Shown in pieces: positions 59,645 to 64,000 of a DNA stretch of 64,000 nt. Below the pieces are notes generated by a model. That model saw only the letters and a program-made list of their open reading frames with translations, did no database searches and was not told the DNA's origin. The first letter of the stretch is position 1. Each line of letters begins with the position of its first letter. Both the position numbers and the translations under genes were made by a program. The DNA comes from Setoptus koraiensis (lineage: Eukaryota; Animalia; Arthropoda), in assembly GCA_048013815.1 (NCBI GenBank), contig CM106585.1, positions 21,886,001 through 21,950,000 of the forward strand, written 5' to 3'.

Positions 59645-62342
59645 CAGTTGGACAGGAAATGGTCGTCATGCAAGGGTTATTGTCACTGTTGTGTGAGTGT
59701 GCGCGTCACAATTATAAATTGCCGGCTAAATCGCTGGCTTTGCTAGCTAGTTGTTAGTTGACAACAATTAACAGCGGCACAAAAATCAGCTGATGATGCT
59801 GTTGTTGAGATGCTGCTGCTGCTGCTGGCAATAATTCGCTAATAGACGATTACTTAGATTAGTTAGATTAGCCAGTCATTTAGTCAGTCAGTCAGTCAGT
59901 CAGTCTGACAAACTTTGTCAGTTGGTTGGTTAATGATTCGCGCAATCAGCGCGCAATCAGCGCACAATCAGCGCACAATGGCGAGTCAGCGAACCGGCGC
60001 TGTCAGCAGTTGGATTGGCTGACTTTGTTGAGATATTCACAATCTGAATAAACACACAGAACGCACAAGCGTGCATGGCAAGCTAATGCGCAGATATTAG
60101 AGAAATTGCATGAACGGGCGCTGCAGCACAATTAGCGGGTTGCATGAGTGAGGGGCGTACAATGGCCAGTTAGCAGCAAACGGTTGTTTGTTTGTTTGTT
60201 TGTTTGGTCGGCTGTCAATGTTTGTCGACGACGATGGGTCCGATCATATGTTTGCCTTATCAAATGGCTCTTTGCTATTTGCGAGTTGCGCAACCCGCAA
60301 AATAAAGAGCCGCCAAAATTAAGAGCGCACCCCATTAATAATCATCCGGCAAGCTAGTGTGCGCTTGCCGGCTGCACCCGCAAACGCAAACCAACTAACC
60401 GAGCCAACCGAGCCAACCGAGCCAACCGAGCTAACTGAACTAACAAGCGAAACGAGCGAAACGAGCGCACCGAACGGATTGAGCGAAACAACCAATTGCA
60501 ACAGCTCACCCGAACGAGCCTCACCTGTGCTCACCTTCGCTCACCTGTACTCGGCCGAGTCTGTGCTCACCTGTACCCAGCTGAGACTGTGCTCAGCTGT
60601 GCCGAGTGTGGCCAATGTGTGATGCTCGCGGTGTGTCGGCTGGAGAAGAATGAGCAATAAACAAACGGCGAGCCGTAACTAAACACACTCACGTCTAATT
60701 AACATCGCTGGCTGTTTGTCGTGTCAATGAGTAACGGTGAACAACAACAATTATCGCTGTGCTAGCTATCAAACTATCACTAATGTACTAATAGTAATAG
60801 TAATATTAGTAAGTGTTGTTGTGTCGCCCGCAACAGCGCCACTTTGTTAGCCACTTTCAGTGCAACGCCAGTCAATGGGGCAGTGGCCGCCAATAGTAAA
60901 GGCCAATAGTAAAGGCAGCGGATAAGGCCGACACAGCCGATAGGCCAGACAAGGCGACAAGGGAGCAAAGGGGAGAAAAGGGGAGCAGAGGGGAGCAGGC
61001 CAACAGGAAATGAAAGCGAAAGCTGATTTCGATGATTGTCGATGATTCGAGACAAACTCTCGCATTTACATTTGTTAGTCAGACTGTTGTCAGTGTCTGA
61101 CTAAATCAGAAGCTATTTCAGCTCGCGTTACTTGGTCGCATTAGCCGTTTGCAGATGCTTTGTCAGCCCTTTGCCAACTCAGCGACCTGTCGACAACTTT
61201 CAGTTTGTGTTCAGTTTGGCACGGATTGCACGAACTCGGTGCCGCCATCATCGTCATCGCTGAATCAACACGAGCTCTGAATCAACACGAGCAGTGAGTT
61301 AACACGAGCTTCGATTGGCGCCCCCTGGCGTCCCCCCAGCCAGCCAGCCTGCTCGAGAGACCAAGGGCTGCGCAGCGAGTTTGTTATTGTATTACCGGTA
61401 TATATTCACAAGTCAGTATTCACAGCCAGTAAATGCTGTCAGTGACTATCTAAATACTTGTGTACCTAAGGATACAAGTGTGTATGTGTTGTGTTGCGTG
61501 TGAGTGTGGCCAGAGTTTGTTAACGGTGCCGCGAAAAGCAGTCAGTGGCGCCAACAATTGAAAAGTCATGAATCACAGCTCAAATTAATGCGCGATTCTG
61601 TGCCACTTTGCACTGTAGAGTTGCCAGTCTGCAGTTGGCAGTCTACAGTTGAGAGTCTGTAGTTGAGAGCCAGGAATCTGAAGTTTGGAGTATTAAGTTT
61701 TGAGCGACTCGCAACGTGTCGGCTCGTTCGCAAGCCACACATCGAAACCAATCGAAACGAAAATAGCTTGCCAGCGAACGGCTCGCCCGAGGAGCGAAAA
61801 TAAGGCTGGGCCCCGTGGCAGAAGCTGGCGAGCGCATGCTAATTGATAACAATTGGTTGGTATAATCAACCTTGAATTAATCAACTGGCACTATCGCCAC
61901 AATCAGCTGTGACTACAGCCTGACACAGGCTGCGAGTTACACCCATACCCAGATACACAACAAGTTGAACTAACAACCGTTAGCTGGCTGGTGTGAGTTA
62001 GTCACAGTTGGTTAGTACCAACAAGCTTGCCACACACAGCTGATTTAGGTGTGTTTGAGCTGTTAGTTAGTGAGTTGTAAGCGACTGATTCGAATCGCTC
62101 TGACTCATTGTCAGCTAGGCACACAAACGACACAAACGAATTACGCTAAGACGCTTGTGTTAATGGAGGCTAATGGTGGCTAATGGTGGCAACCAATCAC
62201 AAGCAACTACATAATACTACATGTAAAGCTAACTAGTGCTAGATCGTGTCGCTCTCGCACTCGGCTCAAAATTATAAATAGCGCGATGAAATTGCAGCAA
62301 CTGCTCGATTTGCAGCGGCATTGTGTTGGTATGCCCAGCACA

Positions 62343-62432
62343 ATTCATTCATCTTTTCACAGTTGATTCATTCATCTTTTCGCAGTTGATTCATTCATCT
62401 CTTCGCAGTTGATTCATTCATCTTTTCATAGT
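62343..62432. repeat. 23-bp tandem repeat x4
   Basis: Units of GTTGATTCATTCATCTTTTCGCA and variants. Confidence 0.9.
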
Positions 62433-62644
62433 TGATAGTTGATAGTTGTAACAATGACCGCCACTCAACAATGGCTCAGCAAAACTTTTGTGTGTCGACT
62501 TGATAAGACGGGCTAGCCAAACCGCTATCTATTTATATATTTATACATTTACAGTAGTTACATATTTGTAAATTGTGCTCTTGTGTGTGTTCGCATGCGC
62601 ACTCGACAACAGGTGACAGGCTCGACAGCGGCAAACAAACACCA

Positions 62645-62740
62645 ATCGCGCGCGTTTGTTGACAATTGTGCGCGTTTGTTGACAGTTGCGCGTGCGTTGA
62701 CAGTTGCGCGTGTGTTGACAATTGCGCGCGTTTGTTGTCA
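62645..62740. repeat. ~19-bp tandem repeat x5
   Basis: Units of GCGCGTTTGTTGACA(A/G)TT and variants. Confidence 0.8.
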
Positions 62741-63255
62741 GCTGATGCGAGCCATCATTTGACAGCTCACAGTGGCTGACAGTGTTGCAGAGTCGACAAT
62801 CTCAACGGTTGTCGGCAGCATATCTTGCGATGGCTAGACAGTGTCGGCTAGACAGTGTCGAGTGGTACACAGTGCCCTTACAACACTGTGTTAGACACTG
62901 TGTAGTGATGTCACAGTGACATTGTCAAATAATAATCGACTCGAATGAGAATGCAAAACATCAACAAACAATCAAGTGACAGTTCACTTGTCACCTGACT
63001 CTTGTCACTTGTCACTTGACTGGAAAGCCGTACTACTTACATGCCCACATTTGCTGTTTGCTGTTTGTTGTCAGTGACAGCACAATGCAGCAGTATGCCG
63101 ATATGTCACTGTTGGTCAGCTGTTGACAACAGCGTTGTTGCGACGCGTTACCTTTTGTGCCAACTTGTGCCAAGCTGCTGCGACAGGTGGCGCAAGTAAC
63201 CTGACGCTGATATCAGGTGAGCCATATTAACAGGTGAGTGTGAGTGGCAAGTGCC

Positions 63256-63290
63256 TATAAATAGCTTTGGCCACATGCAAACATCAGTAG
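63256..63290 (+). promoter_or_regulatory. TATA box + initiator core promoter
   Basis: CTATAAATAG with the T at 63256 and TCAGT with its A at 63286, exactly 30 nt apart. Three CAGGTG and a CAGCTG lie within 150 bp upstream. Confidence 0.55.
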
Positions 63291-63905
63291 CTGGTCAGCA
63301 GCAGCTAGGTTAGTGGCGTGCGTTTGTCCGTTATATCACCGTTAATCCGTTAGTGCAAGTCAGTTTTACTCGTTCGGCTGGCCCACGGCCAAACAGCAAC
63401 AACAACAACTAAACAGTGATTACCTAAACAGCTGACCAGGCTAAACGGCTGAACAGGTGACTGGTGGTGGCCGGCAAGTAACGGCTAATGTCCGATTGAC
63501 ATGAACACACACACACACTGACTAATTCAATTTGATGCCGAAATGTAAATCAACGTTAAACGTTGTATGCTGTTACGCATGATGGTTTCGTTATCAGTGT
63601 TGGCTGCTCGCTACAAGTAGCCGCTAACAAACTAATAGCAAGCCAAGTAACGGTCAACCAACAAACTGCCAGTGACAGGCTAACAAACTGTCAGAGCAAC
63701 AAGCTCGAGACAAGATGCCGTGCGCAGATTGAGTCGTCACAACGTTATCTCTGATTTGTCCATTACGCTAATTGAATTGATTGTTGTCGTTGTTTGTCTT
63801 GTGAGCGCTTGTCTATTCGCTACAAGTTTGTGTGTATGTGACATATGTTTTGGGATTTCAACAAATTGGGATTTCGGCAAATGCAATCAATGTCAGAGAG
63901 TTTGA

Positions 63906-63969
63906 GATTGTCGGGACATTTGCAGCGGCCAACCGGCACTTGATTTGCCGCTGCAAATGTGCACGAATC
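63906..63969 (+). ncRNA. Pre-miRNA-like hairpin, family not recognised
   Basis: Perfect 14-bp stem ACATTTGCAGCGGC (63916-63929) / GCCGCTGCAAATGT (63947-63960), with extra inner and outer pairing; ~64 nt in total. Confidence 0.45.
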
Positions 63970-64000
63970 GGCCCATTGTCGGCACATTAGATAGATATTG

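Noticed and set aside
1-64000. CRISPR arrays, rRNA, snRNA, telomeric arrays, intact transposons
   Set aside because: No repeat-spacer array, recognisable RNA sequence, TTAGG array, or transposase/RT motif was seen.

Overview
Eukaryotic, gene-dense and intron-poor DNA with many AAC/CAG-type microsatellites. Gene content, short GT-AG introns and TATA/TCAGT core promoters point to a compact arthropod genome; an acariform (possibly eriophyoid) mite is my inference, not shown. Recognisable genes: a neuron-navigator/sickie-like gene (-), an intronless six-repeat Cu/Zn-SOD-like protein (-), EMAP-like EML (+), USP22 (+), a FAAH2-like amidase (+), tRNA-Leu(CAA), WRAP53/TCAB1 (-), DCAF8 (-) and UPF1 (+). 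Most notable: (1) a tandemly duplicated cassette of an orphan signal-peptide/C-terminal-TM protein plus a decayed head-to-head partner gene, with a gene-conversion-like tract; (2) a UPF1 with no C-terminal SQ/TQ phosphorylation tail; (3) several pre-miRNA-like hairpins, including a mir-279-like one and one ~620 nt downstream of a canonical TATA+Inr promoter at the end of a ~13 kb ORF-free, E-box-rich region; (4) a navigator-like gene that appears to lack both CH and AAA domains. No CRISPR array, rRNA or intact transposon was seen. All homology calls are from memory of the families, not from database searches.
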